A stretch of DNA of 64,000 nt. Source: Eledone cirrhosa. Its lineage: Eukaryota. The notes under the pieces were generated by a model. It did no database searches, was not told where the DNA came from, and saw only the letters and a program-made list of their open reading frames with translations. The stretch is from contig OZ024741.1 in the NCBI GenBank assembly GCA_964016885.1, forward strand, positions 275,776,001 through 275,840,000, read 5' to 3'. Both the position numbers and the translations under genes were made by a program. This document shows, piece by piece, positions 1 through 10,881 of this stretch (its first letter is position 1; each line of letters starts with the position of its first letter).

Positions 1-7
1 CGCTTTC

Positions 8-83
8 ACAGATTGATTTTTTTAGTTTCAGAAGATCCCATTAAGGGTGAAAGCAGCGATTCTTTGCTTAAAGTTTGATCTGT
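8..83 (+). ncRNA. Hammerhead-like motif at the 3' end of a Naiad-type PLE; paralog of 43662-43738
   Basis: agttt-CAGAAGA-tccc/attaa/gggt-GAAA-gca..tgc-TT-aaagt. Nearly identical to 43662-43738, and followed by (TA)n. Confidence 0.55.
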
Positions 84-99
84 TATTTTAATATATATA

Positions 100-442
100 T
101 CTTTATATATATAAAAGCGAGGATGTGTGTGCCTGTGTACAACTTTGCATACTTAAGGCTTTTGCAATTACCAACTGAATTTGACCAAATTTTCTGTGCA
201 CGTTGCACGGGTCGCTAAGATTGTCACATCACAAACATTTTTCAAATCGACCCACGTTGAGCAATAAAAAATCGATATCAAAATTATCGGTAGCAAAATT
301 GATGTAAGGGAGATAACAAACTTTATTGACATAAATATAAACATCAGATTCATTTGAAGATAAATCACTAATATTATCGTTTGTTTCTTGTTTATTCTTT
401 GTTGCATTTCAAACCCTGCGCAACGCCGGGTAAATCTGCTAG
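100..442 (+). mobile_element. Non-autonomous Helitron
   Basis: 5' TC(T)TTATATATATAAAA start; 3' GC-rich hairpin (ccctgcgcaacgccggg) followed by CTAG; inserted between A and T. Confidence 0.75.
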
Positions 443-449
443 TATATAT

Positions 450-2112
450 ATACTGGCGGACCGTTTTACCGAACACCTCCAGGATATTCGTCTCGGCGGT
501 ATTTTCCCCAATGCCCGCCACTTTGGCTCTCCTGGACATTCCGCGCACCACCTCAGTCTGTGGCCTACTCCAATGCCACGGAACACACGCCACCCTCCTC
601 AGGGTCGAACAATGCATCATTTTCACCCTACAGACCCACACTCCCCCCGGCCTGAACTCCCCAGCCCTATTCCTTTAGCCTTCGACCGCCCTGTTCCCCC
701 CACACATATCCCCCACTAACACCACTAACACATTCTTCCTTTTCACTGCCCACCCCACAACTAACAATATTAACACCCCACCCCCGACCACCCTTCCCCA
801 ACTAACAATACTAACATCTTTTTCCCCCTTCCCCTCCCTCTATCACGCACACACCCACCGGTACATATATACACTAACCACACACCCTACTACCACCACC
901 ACTAACCCTCACCCACACATCCACTCCCACCACCCCACAACTAATATCACTAACATCTCCCCCGACCCCACGCACACGAACATACACACCCACTTACAAG
1001 CCCTACCACCACTGACCCCCACTAACACACCCACATTCAACCCTTTCCCCACCACCAGTATACTAACACCCCCCTTCACCACACACACACTCATCCAAAC
1101 ACGCACACACACACCAGTACACTACACTCCCCCCCCTACACACATACCACTAACACCTCTACTAATACACACACCCTCCACCCGCACGACCCCTCCCCCT
1201 TTCACACCTACCCATCCTCTCCCCTGTCCACCGCACCTCCGCACACAATGACACACCTGACTTTCTCCACCTGCCATTCTGTTCTACTGCTGCTATGCCC
1301 TGACCCTCTGACCACCTCTCCGCACATACAGACACACACAGCCCTCTCCACCTGTCCTTCTCTACACTCCTCCTGCCTTGACCCTCTGACCACTTCCTGT
1401 TGCGCGCGCACCACACATCTCCCCTCTTCCGACCAACCCAACCACGGATTACACACATTGGACATCGCTCCCACGAATCAACTCCATCACAAGGAAAATA
1501 TCTGGCAACTCACCACACCCTCTACAGAACTACCTTAGGAACTTACCCACCGACATACACTCACAAAAAAAAAAAATTTCCCACACGTCACCTACATCCA
1601 CAATACGTATAAACACCACACACACGTGCGTACCCCCACATATTTACACACTCAGCCTCCGGAATCCTCTCACCCCCTCCCCATCCACACCGACCTACAC
1701 CCCACCCCACATACACACCTTTTCCTGAACATGGAACCTCGTTCTTCCCCCAACTCTCACATTCACATACACACACACGTACACCTACACACACACACCA
1801 CCTTCAGCCCTCCCCGCTCGGACCCCCCCCCCGGCCACCACCCCTACACGCCCCACACCCTTCCACCACTTGTTTATCTTCATTTTTATTTTTATTATTT
1901 TTTAATATTTATTTTCATTTGTACCCCTTCCACCGTTTCCTCTCCCCCACTCCCCTACACACCCTTGGAACTCTCTTCCCACACACTTTTCGCCTGAAGA
2001 AGAGCTTATGCCCGAAACGTCGTTCCCCACCACTCCTCACTCTCAAAAGCGTGAAACTAATAAACCTTAGTTCGTACTGCCTCTCTGTTTTGTTCCCGTT
2101 CCACTTTTCACT
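450..2112 (+). mobile_element. 3' part of a Penelope-like element (Neptune-type): GIY-YIG C-terminus, C/A-rich 3' region, HHR
   Basis: Frameshifted translation LADRFTEHLQDIR..ARHFGSPGHS..SVCGLLQC..EQCIIFTLQTHTPPGLN matches the C-terminal half of PLE GIY-YIG endonucleases; ends in (TA)n. Confidence 0.75.
1991..2024 (+). ncRNA. Minimal hammerhead ribozyme motif (PLE type, partly decayed)
   Basis: CTGAAGA-a-gagc/ttat/gccc-GAAA-CG-TC. Palindromic helix III (ACGT); helix I is weak. Confidence 0.55.
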
Positions 2113-2127
2113 ATATATATATATATA

Positions 2128-2277
2128 ATGATATATTCGTGTACAGATACTTTTGCATACACAATAACAAAATATAAACAAACGTATTTATTTCACGAGG
2201 CTCGATAAGGATAAATATATATCAAATATATAAGAAACCAAGAGCAAATCCCGAGCAACGCCGGGCCATTCTGTTAG
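2128..2277 (+). mobile_element. Helitron 3' end fragment
   Basis: cccgagcaacgccggg hairpin followed by TTAG, the same type of end as 414-442. Confidence 0.55.
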
Positions 2278-2352
2278 TATATATTATTTCCGTGTATATT
2301 TTTATTCTGTAAGAATTATAAACAATTTATAACGTTATTTAACACATAAAAT

Positions 2353-2568
2353 GGTTTCTTATATAGGCACATGGCCAGTGATTTGGGGGAGGGGAAAATC
2401 GATTAAATCGACTCCAGTACGTTACTGGTGCTTTACTTTATCGACCCCGTAAGGATGAAAGGCAAAGTTAACCTAGGCGGGCTTGAACTCAGACCGTAAA
2501 GGGCCGCAACTCTATGCTGCAAGGCATGGTCTACGACTCTCTACCGACACTGCCAATATACCGCCCTT
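2353..2568 (-). mobile_element. tRNA-derived SINE with Meta-like central domain
   Basis: The reverse complement has a B-box (GAGTTCAAGCCC) and ctttgcctttcatccttacggggtcgataaa..accagt; homologous to 43975-44160. Confidence 0.75.
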
Positions 2569-2687
2569 ATTTAACACATAATAAATGCAATTAAATATTT
2601 CTAGAAACCTCAGAAATATAACGCACCAAAATATTACGATCAGCGCGAGAGACAAAAAAGGGGGGAGGGCAAAAACAAAAACGACCA

Positions 2688-2859
2688 TCAATTCACCACC
2701 AAGTGCGACAATCGGCCGCGCAACATAAGGATCCCTGTATGTATGGGTTCATAACTCCTGATGGAGTTGCAGGGGGCACCGTAGTGATATATGAGGTGCC
2801 TTGGGCATCTTAAACCTGGCAGAGCCCATCCCCACTCCAAGTCGGAATACAGCCAATTT
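2688..2859 (-). CDS. Possible downstream coding exon of the 3606 gene
   Basis: A pyrimidine tract and AG end at 2860. The phase-2 junction with the 3080 donor restores an open frame (R-NWLYSDLEWGWALPG...VVN*). The acceptor is weak and partly SINE-derived. Confidence 0.3.
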
Positions 2860-2914
2860 CTTCCAGAGAAGAAGAAAGAGAGAGGATGAGAAAGAGATAT
2901 AAAGGAAGACACGA

Positions 2915-3062
2915 TCCCAGTACTGGACCGGTGCGTTTTTTTAATTTTTTTATCGACTTCGAAAGGATGAAAAGTAAAGTTGCGATTTCGGCGGGATTTG
3001 AACTCATAGTACAGAGAGCCGGAACGAATACCATAAAGCATTCTATCAGCTAATTCGCCACC
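2915..3062 (-). mobile_element. Meta-domain SINE copy (in the putative intron)
   Basis: The reverse complement has gagttcaaatcccgccgaaatcgcaactttacttttcatcctttcgaagtcgataaa. Confidence 0.7.
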
Positions 3063-3079
3063 TCAGATCAGTTCCATAC

Positions 3080-3606
3080 CTGTTCTTTTTCTTGGAAGCT
3101 CGTTGTATGTCAAAACTGGGGATGAATTTTCTGGATCTCACGTACGACTGGTTCTCCAAACTCAAAGTATCTTCAGTGCTATCATGCAACACTTCACTGG
3201 TAGATGGTACCTTAGCCATATCGTTCACTACATTAATCTCTGTTACATCAAAAGTGTCCCTTGCCAAGCAAGGTCTAGTATATCGGTTATGAAGAGTGGG
3301 TAATTCTCCTTCGGGTATATGTCGGGTCAACATCAATTTGCTCGGGACTACGTTACATGTTATACCTACAGCAGCGAGAGGAAGGTCACTGCTGTGCTGT
3401 AAACAAGCATCACCCGAGGGTTTACCCTGGTTTGAAAACCGAGTTGGTCTTTTATTGCTATAGTCTTCACAAGATATATCCTGTTGCTTAACGCTTACGT
3501 TCTTCGGCATTGTTTTATAAACATCGCCACCTAAACTCTTTTGTCTATGGACCAAACGAGGATCATCTTGGTTCATAACCGTTCCAGCCAGTCGTTGTGA
3601 AGCCAT
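3080..3606 (-). CDS. Probable first coding exon of an unidentified protein
   Basis: ATG-initiated 175-codon non-repetitive ORF with protein-like composition. It ends at a CAG|GTATGG donor (3080/3079), and an X-box lies 175 bp upstream. Confidence 0.55.
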
Positions 3607-3780
3607 AAATAACGATAGTAAACATCCGGGAGCTTTGGATTAGGACAGCTCTCTTAATAAATAAAACAAAACGTTCGTAATATTAATTGAAGCGCGTTAA
3701 AGTCATTTCATGCTTCTAAACGGTGAAGAGTTATTATTTCATTTGATTTAAGTAAATCTAAGGGAGATAATTCAGGAAGA

Positions 3781-3794
3781 GTTTCCATAGCAAC
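3781..3794. promoter_or_regulatory. RFX X-box motif
   Basis: GTTTCCATAGCAAC matches the X-box consensus GTYNCYATRGYAAC and lies in unique sequence just upstream of the 3606 ATG. Confidence 0.6.
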
Positions 3795-4019
3795 GGATTA
3801 CTCGCTTTGGTATATTTAATGTCAACAAACGGAAGAAGCCATCGAAGTTATCCCCCTCCTCATAAATTTGAACGAATCTATGTATCTATTTAAGAAATAA
3901 TTATAATGAGTATCATTGTCTGCTAGTGGATCAGCACCGTAAATAATATCGAACGCGTTTAATTTTTGCCATACTCACCAGGATTACTGGGTATATGAAA
4001 AATCATACACACTGGGAAA

Positions 4020-4220
4020 TTAGACTACACCACACAACTTTCGATAAACTACACATTATGTTGAATACACAACCTTATATATACTATACAACCTCATATA
4101 CACTACACAACTTTACATACACTACTCAACTTTAGATACACTACACAACTTTAGAGACACTATACAACTATAGATACATTACATAACTTTACGTTTACTA
4201 CTCAACTTTACATGCATTAC
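4020..4220. repeat. Degenerate ~19-bp minisatellite (actacacaactttacatac-like)
   Basis: Repeated actacacaac(c/t)tt units; a related array lies at 5575-5850. Confidence 0.7.
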
Positions 4221-4411
4221 ACAAAATATTCTGTTGATTCCTTGTGATGTACGGCCGATTGTCACACTTGGTGGTGAATTGATGGCCGTTTTTATTTCCC
4301 TTTTTCCTTCTCGCTTTGATCGTATATTTTGGTGCGCTGTATTTGTCAGGTTCCTAGCAATAGTTAATTGTATTATACAGAGCATATAAATAAATTTACA
4401 GTAGGATAATA

Positions 4412-5280
4412 TCTATATATATAAAACTGAGGATGTATGTCTGTGTGTGTGTGTGTTTGAATCCCTAAAACTCGAGAACCACCCAACCGACTGTTTTCAA
4501 ACTTTACACATGTAATACTTATGTTTCAGGGAGTGTTCTGAGCAAAAAAAATTTCAAATTTTCAATGCCCTAGAGACCGCATTAGGCGATTTAGCGATCT
4601 CTCTATATAATTCTTAGTCTTTCTCATTTTAGATAGATACATACATATAACGTCATGCCCTTATAATATATGTCTGGCTGTCTGCTTTACGTCACTTCCC
4701 TGAGGATGTCTGTGATTTTGAATCCCTAAAACTCGAAGTACCCAACCGATTTTTTTCAAACTTTACATGTGTATTACTTATATTTCAACATTTTGTCTCC
4801 TAAGGGCCGCGTTAGTTGAAAAACTGCGTTTTTTAAGCTTTTTAGGGTTTTTTGAGGCGTTATGTCAGACTGATTTCCTTGAAATTGTAACTATGTTTTA
4901 GTCAGTCTCTTCTTCATGCCGTGAGCAAAGAAAATCCAACTTTTTTATGGCCTAGGGCCCGCATTAGCTGAAAAACTTCATTTTTTCAACTTTTTAGGGC
5001 TTTTTGGAGACATTACGTCTAGCCGATTTTCCCGAAATTTCAAAGCATATTATGCACATAAAAAAAATTCATTTTCTTGATCCCCTAGGGCCCGCATTAG
5101 GCGAAAACCTGCATTTTTCCTGCTTCATCGAGGAAAATCTTAAAGATCATCCAGCCATCAGAGTATTCGGTTTATTTTCTTTACATATTGTCCAGGCATG
5201 CAGTTTTTCCACGATTAGGTCTGTTGGCGGCCCGCGTTCCAAAATACCTTATCCCGTGCAACACCGGGTACCACTGCTAA
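4412..5280 (+). mobile_element. Non-autonomous Helitron with internal duplications
   Basis: 5' TCTATATATATAAAA; 3' cccgtgcaacaccggg hairpin followed by CTAA. The internal segment ctgaggatgt..gaatccctaaaactcga is repeated. Confidence 0.7.
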
Positions 5281-5287
5281 CAATAAA

Positions 5288-5480
5288 TATATACATAAAT
5301 AACATTACAAATGCTTAGATAACAACCGTGAACAACCGAGCCAACGTTGGCTCGGTTGTTCACCCCTTCCTTTACATTTTCTTTAATATTGTAACATTAA
5401 AAGAATATATCTTTCTGAAAGAATCGTGAGCAATTTATAATGTTATCTAAGCATTTGTAATGTTATTTATGTATATATTT
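5288..5480. repeat. Inverted-repeat unit containing a perfect 36-bp palindrome
   Basis: gtgaacaaccgagccaac|gttggctcggttgttcac at 5328-5363. 5288-5324 is inverted against 5440-5478, and 5384-5500 recurs at 7462-7580. Confidence 0.75.
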
Positions 5481-5574
5481 AAAACATATTTGTTATGTTA
5501 TTCTACTGCAAATTTATTTATATGCTATGTATATATCATGTGTTCATATTTTCACTCCCATTTGTAACGTTATT

Positions 5575-5850
5575 TAACTACACAGTATTATAGCTATACT
5601 ACATTACATACATTATACATTAGCTATACTACACGACCTTACATACATTACACATTAGCTATAAACGATAGATAACATTACACATTAGCTATACTACACA
5701 ACGATAAATACATTACACAATATTAGCTATACTACAGAACTTTACATACATTACACAGTATTAGCTATACTACAACCTTATATACATTACACAGCATTAG
5801 CTATACCACACAACCTAAATTTGTGCTACACGACATTCGATATACTACAT
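5575..5850. repeat. Degenerate minisatellite (cattacacattagctatactaca)
   Basis: Directly visible repeats. Confidence 0.7.
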
Positions 5851-6792
5851 GTAACGTAACATGCCAAAACTAGGATTAATTTTTATAGTGTTGGAGTTAC
5901 CTCCCATGCTCACTGTTGAATTCATCCCCTTCAGAATTTCTTAGCTTGAAACTATAAGTGCAATTTCAATTATTTCACACACACACTCCACGTCAACCAA
6001 ATTCTACTCACAAGGCATTAGTCAGTCTGTGGTAGATGCCTAACTCGCCCGATAATGGGATCGAACTCACAAATACATAGTTACGAAACAAGCTTCCTAA
6101 TCACAGCTAAATAAACTGAACCATTTCACAGTTAAGTGTAGTTTGCATGGAATGAACCAGCGATTGCTTCGCTAATTGTTTACTGTTCAATTCACTCGAC
6201 AATTGACGTATATCAACTATTGTTTACTATAGAAATTCAAAGTGAAACAATATATATATCATCATCATGCAGGGAAAAGCAGGCGTAAAATGGCGATGAT
6301 GAAAGATGATGATATATATATGTGTGTGTGTGTGTAGCATCCTTCAGTCGTGTGAAAGGCATGACAACAACTTCTAGCATTTGATGGAATGTGAGACCGT
6401 ACAAAAGCAAGACATTGATCCCTGGCTTGCTTGGGAAATAAATGTCTCCGCTTCAGTATTGTCTTGGTCTATATTATAGACCCATCCAACCCTTGCTAGC
6501 AGGTAAAATGGACATTAAAACGACAATGATGATGATGATATATATATATATATAACATTGTACCTGTTGAAGTATCCATCCACTTCTATATATATATATA
6601 TATATATATAGAAGTGGATGGATACTTCAACAGGTACAATGTACTTGTAGAAATATTCAAGTTGTTTATAATACATGTGGTTCAATGGCACTAATTCGAG
6701 ATACCAGAACAATATAAAAGTAGCGAAACAAACGGTTATTAAACAATTTTCTAAATAAATTAAAAAATGATTAAATAATCACCTGTTCAGAT

Positions 6793-6873
6793 GCTGTTAC
6801 CGACGGTTTCATCATTCCGAAAGATTGGAAATCCAACGAATTTCCAATGGAAAGAAATGAATCTTCAGACAGC
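6793..6873 (-). ncRNA. Type I hammerhead ribozyme
   Basis: Reverse complement of 7261-7341. Confidence 0.75.
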
Positions 6874-7260
6874 CCTATTTCCACGCTATAAGGTATCTAG
6901 CCTAATAGCAAGTAAATCATTTTTTAATTTATTTAGAAAATTGTTTAATAACCGTTTGTTTCGCTACTTTTATATTGTTCTGGTATCTCGAATTAGTGCC
7001 ATTGAACCACATGTATTATAAACAACTTGAATATTTCTACAAGTACATTGTACCTGTTGAAGTATCCATCCACTTCTATAATTTATTCTCCTTATGTAGA
7101 GAACAAAACGTTGAATAATGCTGCTAATTTTAGTGGCAATTCGACATGTTTATAATATCCAGCGACCTGATTTGCGTGTGTGTCACTTTAACGGCTTGAC
7201 CGCATGCGTTGGGCAGGGAGCATAATTTTTACTTGCTATACCTTATAGCGTGGAAATAGG

Positions 7261-7341
7261 GCTGTCTGAAGATTCATTTCTTTCCATTGGAAATTCGTTG
7301 GATTTCCAATCTTTCGGAATGATGAAACCGTCGGTAACAGC
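7261..7341 (+). ncRNA. Type I hammerhead ribozyme
   Basis: gctgt-CTGAAGA-[long helix II tcatt..ttggaaat/atttccaa..aatga]-GAAA-cc gtc gg-TA-acagc. Helix I gctgt/acagc is perfect; GUA cleavage site after 7336. Confidence 0.8.
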
Positions 7342-7413
7342 ATCTGAACAGGTGATTATTTAATCATTTTTTAATTTATTTAGAAAATTGTTTAATAACC
7401 GTTTGTTTCGCTA

Positions 7414-7465
<52 letters not shown>

Positions 7466-7612
7466 TATTGTAACATTAAAAGAATATATCTTGCTGAAAG
7501 AATCGCGAGCTATTTATAATGTTGTCTAAGAATTTGTAATGTTATTTATGTATATATTTAAAACATATTTGTTATGTTAAGCTACTGTAAATTTACTTTG
7601 GTAGATCTGGAG

Positions 7613-8036
7613 TATATATAATAAACAAGAAATTAAAAGATGGTTAAAAGAGTTCCATATATTTTATTATGCGCATTTCGAATACAAAACCATCCTGGGA
7701 CAAAAATTGTGTTCTCATCAGATAAAATAAGGTATCAAGATATGAGGCATAATAGCAACTGTTTACAGGAAAGTGCTAAGTCTACATATGATACTATAGT
7801 AAGAAATAGATAGGAAAATTTCCTTTTCCTCTATTTTCCTATCTATTTCTTACTATAGTATCATATGTAGACTTAGCACTTTCCTGTAAACAGGTGCTAT
7901 TATGCCTCATATCTTGTTACCTTATTTTATCTGAGAACACAATTTTTGTCCCAGGATGATTTTGTATTCGAAATGCGCATAATAAAATATATGGAACTCT
8001 TTTAACCATCTTTTAATTTCTTCTTTATTATATATA
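7613..8036. repeat. Fold-back palindrome (~205-bp arms, 13-nt spacer) carrying an HHR
   Basis: 7613-7819 is the near-exact reverse complement of 7833-8036. Confidence 0.9.
7660..7729 (-). ncRNA. Type I hammerhead ribozyme, minimal palindromic helix III
   Basis: tattttat-CTGATGA-gaacacaa..ttgtattc-GAAA-tgcgca-TA-ataaaata, with an 8-bp helix I. The mirror copy at 7923-7989 lacks 3 nt of the core. Confidence 0.8.
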
Positions 8037-8086
8037 CATATATGTATGTGTGCGTGTGTGTGTGTTCGTATTTTTTTTTTTTTTTT

Positions 8087-8930
8087 GCGCGGGACATAAT
8101 CGGACTGGATATCCGATCGCGCAGTTAAACCACTGGGAGTGAAGGACCCCTAGCCCTTGTCAGGGCATTCTTCTAGGAGAAGGCATCTCAGGAAACTGGG
8201 TTAACTCCGACATTTTTCGGGTTATAGCTACTGTGCGCTCAAAGAGTGGGATTGGCTCAGTGCACAATCTTTCCTCGCTTTAAAAAATATTCTTCACGCA
8301 CAGGCATTGCACGGTTGCATTAATTAATAACTATTGATAGTGTTATTGTTATTGTTATTATTGTTATGACCATGCTGTAAGTTGGAGGGGTAGAGAGGGC
8401 CCATGAGTCCAGTAAGACATCCTCTCTAGTGCTGGTGGCACGAATAAAAGCACCCAGTCCATGCTGTAAAGTGGCACTGGTGTTAGGAAGGGCATCCAAC
8501 CAGTGTATCAATGCCAAAACAATTATGAGCACAGCAACAAATATATATCGCAATAACTGCGTAAACAGCAATAGCACTAACCATGTTAGAGCTGCGCACG
8601 GTGGTGGGGTGGCTGGTGCGGCCATGTGTGAGAACCCCCCCCCCCCCCCTCGACTGTCTTCAAACAATCGCACAACAATAACTGTGTCAACAGCAATAAC
8701 ACTAACCATGTTAGAGCTGCGCACGGTAGTGGGGTGGCTGGTGAGGCCATGTGTGAGAACCCTCCAACCGTCATCAAGCAATCGCACTACAGGAACAGGA
8801 AAAGGAACAACAAAAATATAAAGACGTCGTATCTCAGAGTTGCAACACTTAATGTTAGCACTCTCACAGGTAGTTTATTTATTTCTGTCCCACCCTTGCA
8901 AGCAGGGAAAGGCGGACGTAAAATGATGAT
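8087..8930 (+). mobile_element. Internally deleted RTE-derived non-autonomous element
   Basis: An RTE-like 5' region leads into the start of the APE domain (LRVATLNVSTLTG), which is joined directly to the shared 3' tail acccttgcaagcagggaaaggcggacgtaaaatgatgat. There is an internal ~125-bp tandem duplication. Confidence 0.55.
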
Positions 8931-8943
8931 ATATATATATATG

Positions 8944-8997
<54 letters not shown>

Positions 8998-9150
8998 TAA
9001 GATGTATGGTAGGTCGTATGTGAATCGCGATGATCACGTCTGACCTATCAAATATGTGACGGTAGCTAGTTAAGCTCTATGCGTATACGCAGAGCAGAAA
9101 TATTAGTGAAAAAGTACAAAGGAACTATTATGACATTATAACAAGTTTAT

Positions 9151-9197
9151 TGCCGACAGCCGTTTCGTCCGACCACATGGTGGGACTTTTCAAGGCA
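9151..9197 (-). ncRNA. Hammerhead ribozyme, U3-A8 core variant
   Basis: Reverse complement of 10739-10785. Confidence 0.65.
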
Positions 9198-10738
9198 TAT
9201 AACATGTGATTGTAAGATCATTATTTACATCAACGTATCACTCAAGGCTAGCAGTTTGAAATTGTGGTATACATCAGCAACTCCGCTTGTATAGTTGGGG
9301 TCTATATTCTAAGGGGGCTCTTTTATATTAGTTGTCGGGGTCAGGGATTGAAGTTTAAAAATTAGATAATATATAATTTACGCATTAACAGTAAACTAAA
9401 AGACTTGGGGTCCCGTATAAGCACCTTAGAAAATCCCTCAATAAGTGCATAAAGCTTACAGGCTCCAATAAACCTACTAGACTAGAAGAAATTAAGAGGC
9501 TAATAAAATAAAAATATAAAGTTTCCCTAAAAAATATATAAAGTTTCCTATGAAATTCCTTCTAGAGAAAAAAATTTTTTCCGAAAGAAAAAAACCTTCC
9601 TTTCCCGAGATCACGTTTACAAATTTCAGAAAACTTACGAAGTTTTGATATTCCCTACTAAGTTGAAAGAAACTAATCAATTAAAGGTTAATTCAAAGAG
9701 CCTTCTATAATTCTCTCAGAAAAGGCCCCTTTAATATTTTTAATAGGAACTTCTTCCGAGAGACCCTTCGAAGAATTAAAATTTTAGAGAGCCTTTAAGG
9801 ATATATATAAAAACGAATTGAGGAAAATTATACATTAAAAGTTAAAAATTACGGTATTTGGGATATCCGAGGAATTTTCAAAGGGCTGCTTCAACAGATA
9901 CAACTTAGGCATAATAGATACAATAATTTAAGTAATTTAAGTAATTTAATTAGGGAGCAATTCAAGGAGTTTATCAAGTTGGGCAAGATTAAAGAAAGTG
10001 GTAAATAAGAAAATACATGTCTTTTTGCTTATGTATTTTCTTATTTACCACTTTCTTTAATCTTGCCCAACTTGATAAACTCCTTGAATTGCTCCCTAAT
10101 TAAATTACTTAAATTATTGTATCTATTATGCCTAAGTTGTATCTGTTGAAGCAGCCCTTTGAAAATTCCTCGGATATCCCAAATACCGTAATTTTTAACT
10201 TTTAATGTATAATTTTCTGAGAGAATTATAGAAGGCTCTTTGAATTAACCTTTAATTGATTAGTTTCTTTCAACTTAGTAGGGAATATCAAAACTTCGTA
10301 AGTTTTCTGAAATTTGTAAACGTGATCTCGGGAAAGGAAGGTTTTTTTCTTTCGGAAAAAATTTTTTTCTCTAGAAGGAATTTCATAGGAAACTTTATAT
10401 ATTTTTTAGGGAAACTTTATATTTTTATTTTATTAGCCTCTTAATTTCTTCTAGTCTAGTAGGTTTATTGGAGCCTGTAAGCTTTATGCACTTATTGAGG
10501 GATTTTCTAAGGTGCTTATACGGGACCCCAAGTCTTTTAGTTTACTGTTAATGCGTAAATTATATATTATCTAATTTTTAAACTTCAATCCCTGACCCCG
10601 ACAACTAATATAAAAGAGCCCCCTTAGAATATAGACCCCAACTATACAAGCGGAGTTGCTGATGTATACCACAATTTCAAACTGCTAGCCTTGAGTGATA
10701 CGTTGATGTAAATAATGATCTTACAATCACATGTTATA

Positions 10739-10785
10739 TGCCTTGAAAAGTCCCACCATGTGGTCGGACGAAACGGCTGTCGGCA
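10739..10785 (+). ncRNA. Hammerhead ribozyme, U3-A8 core variant
   Basis: tgcc-TTGAAAA-gtcc..ggac-GAAA-cggctg-TC-ggca; GUC cleavage triplet. Confidence 0.7.
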
Positions 10786-10832
10786 ATAAACTTGTTATAA
10801 TGTCATAATAGTTCCTTTGTACTTTTTCACTA

Positions 10833-10881
<49 letters not shown>

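Larger units (their letters stand above)
6611..7420. mobile_element. HHR-bearing non-coding retroelement: 447-nt monomer with terminal redundancy plus an inverted partial copy
   Basis: aatcattttttaatttatttag.. occurs at 6915 and 7362 (offset 447). 6611-6896 is the reverse complement of sequence spanning the monomer junction. Both sides are flanked by (TA)n. Confidence 0.8.
8996..10835. mobile_element. 1.8-kb fold-back element with terminal HHRs, between (TA)n tracts
   Basis: 9100-10018 is the reverse complement of 10031-10834 (12-nt spacer). The right arm lacks ~100 bp (9720-9823), and the left arm has a unique ~100-bp extension. Confidence 0.85.

Noticed and set aside
9492-10444. Duplicated 62-aa ORF as a gene pair
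   Set aside because: It is the mirror product of the inverted repeat, is AT-rich, and resembles no protein I recognise.
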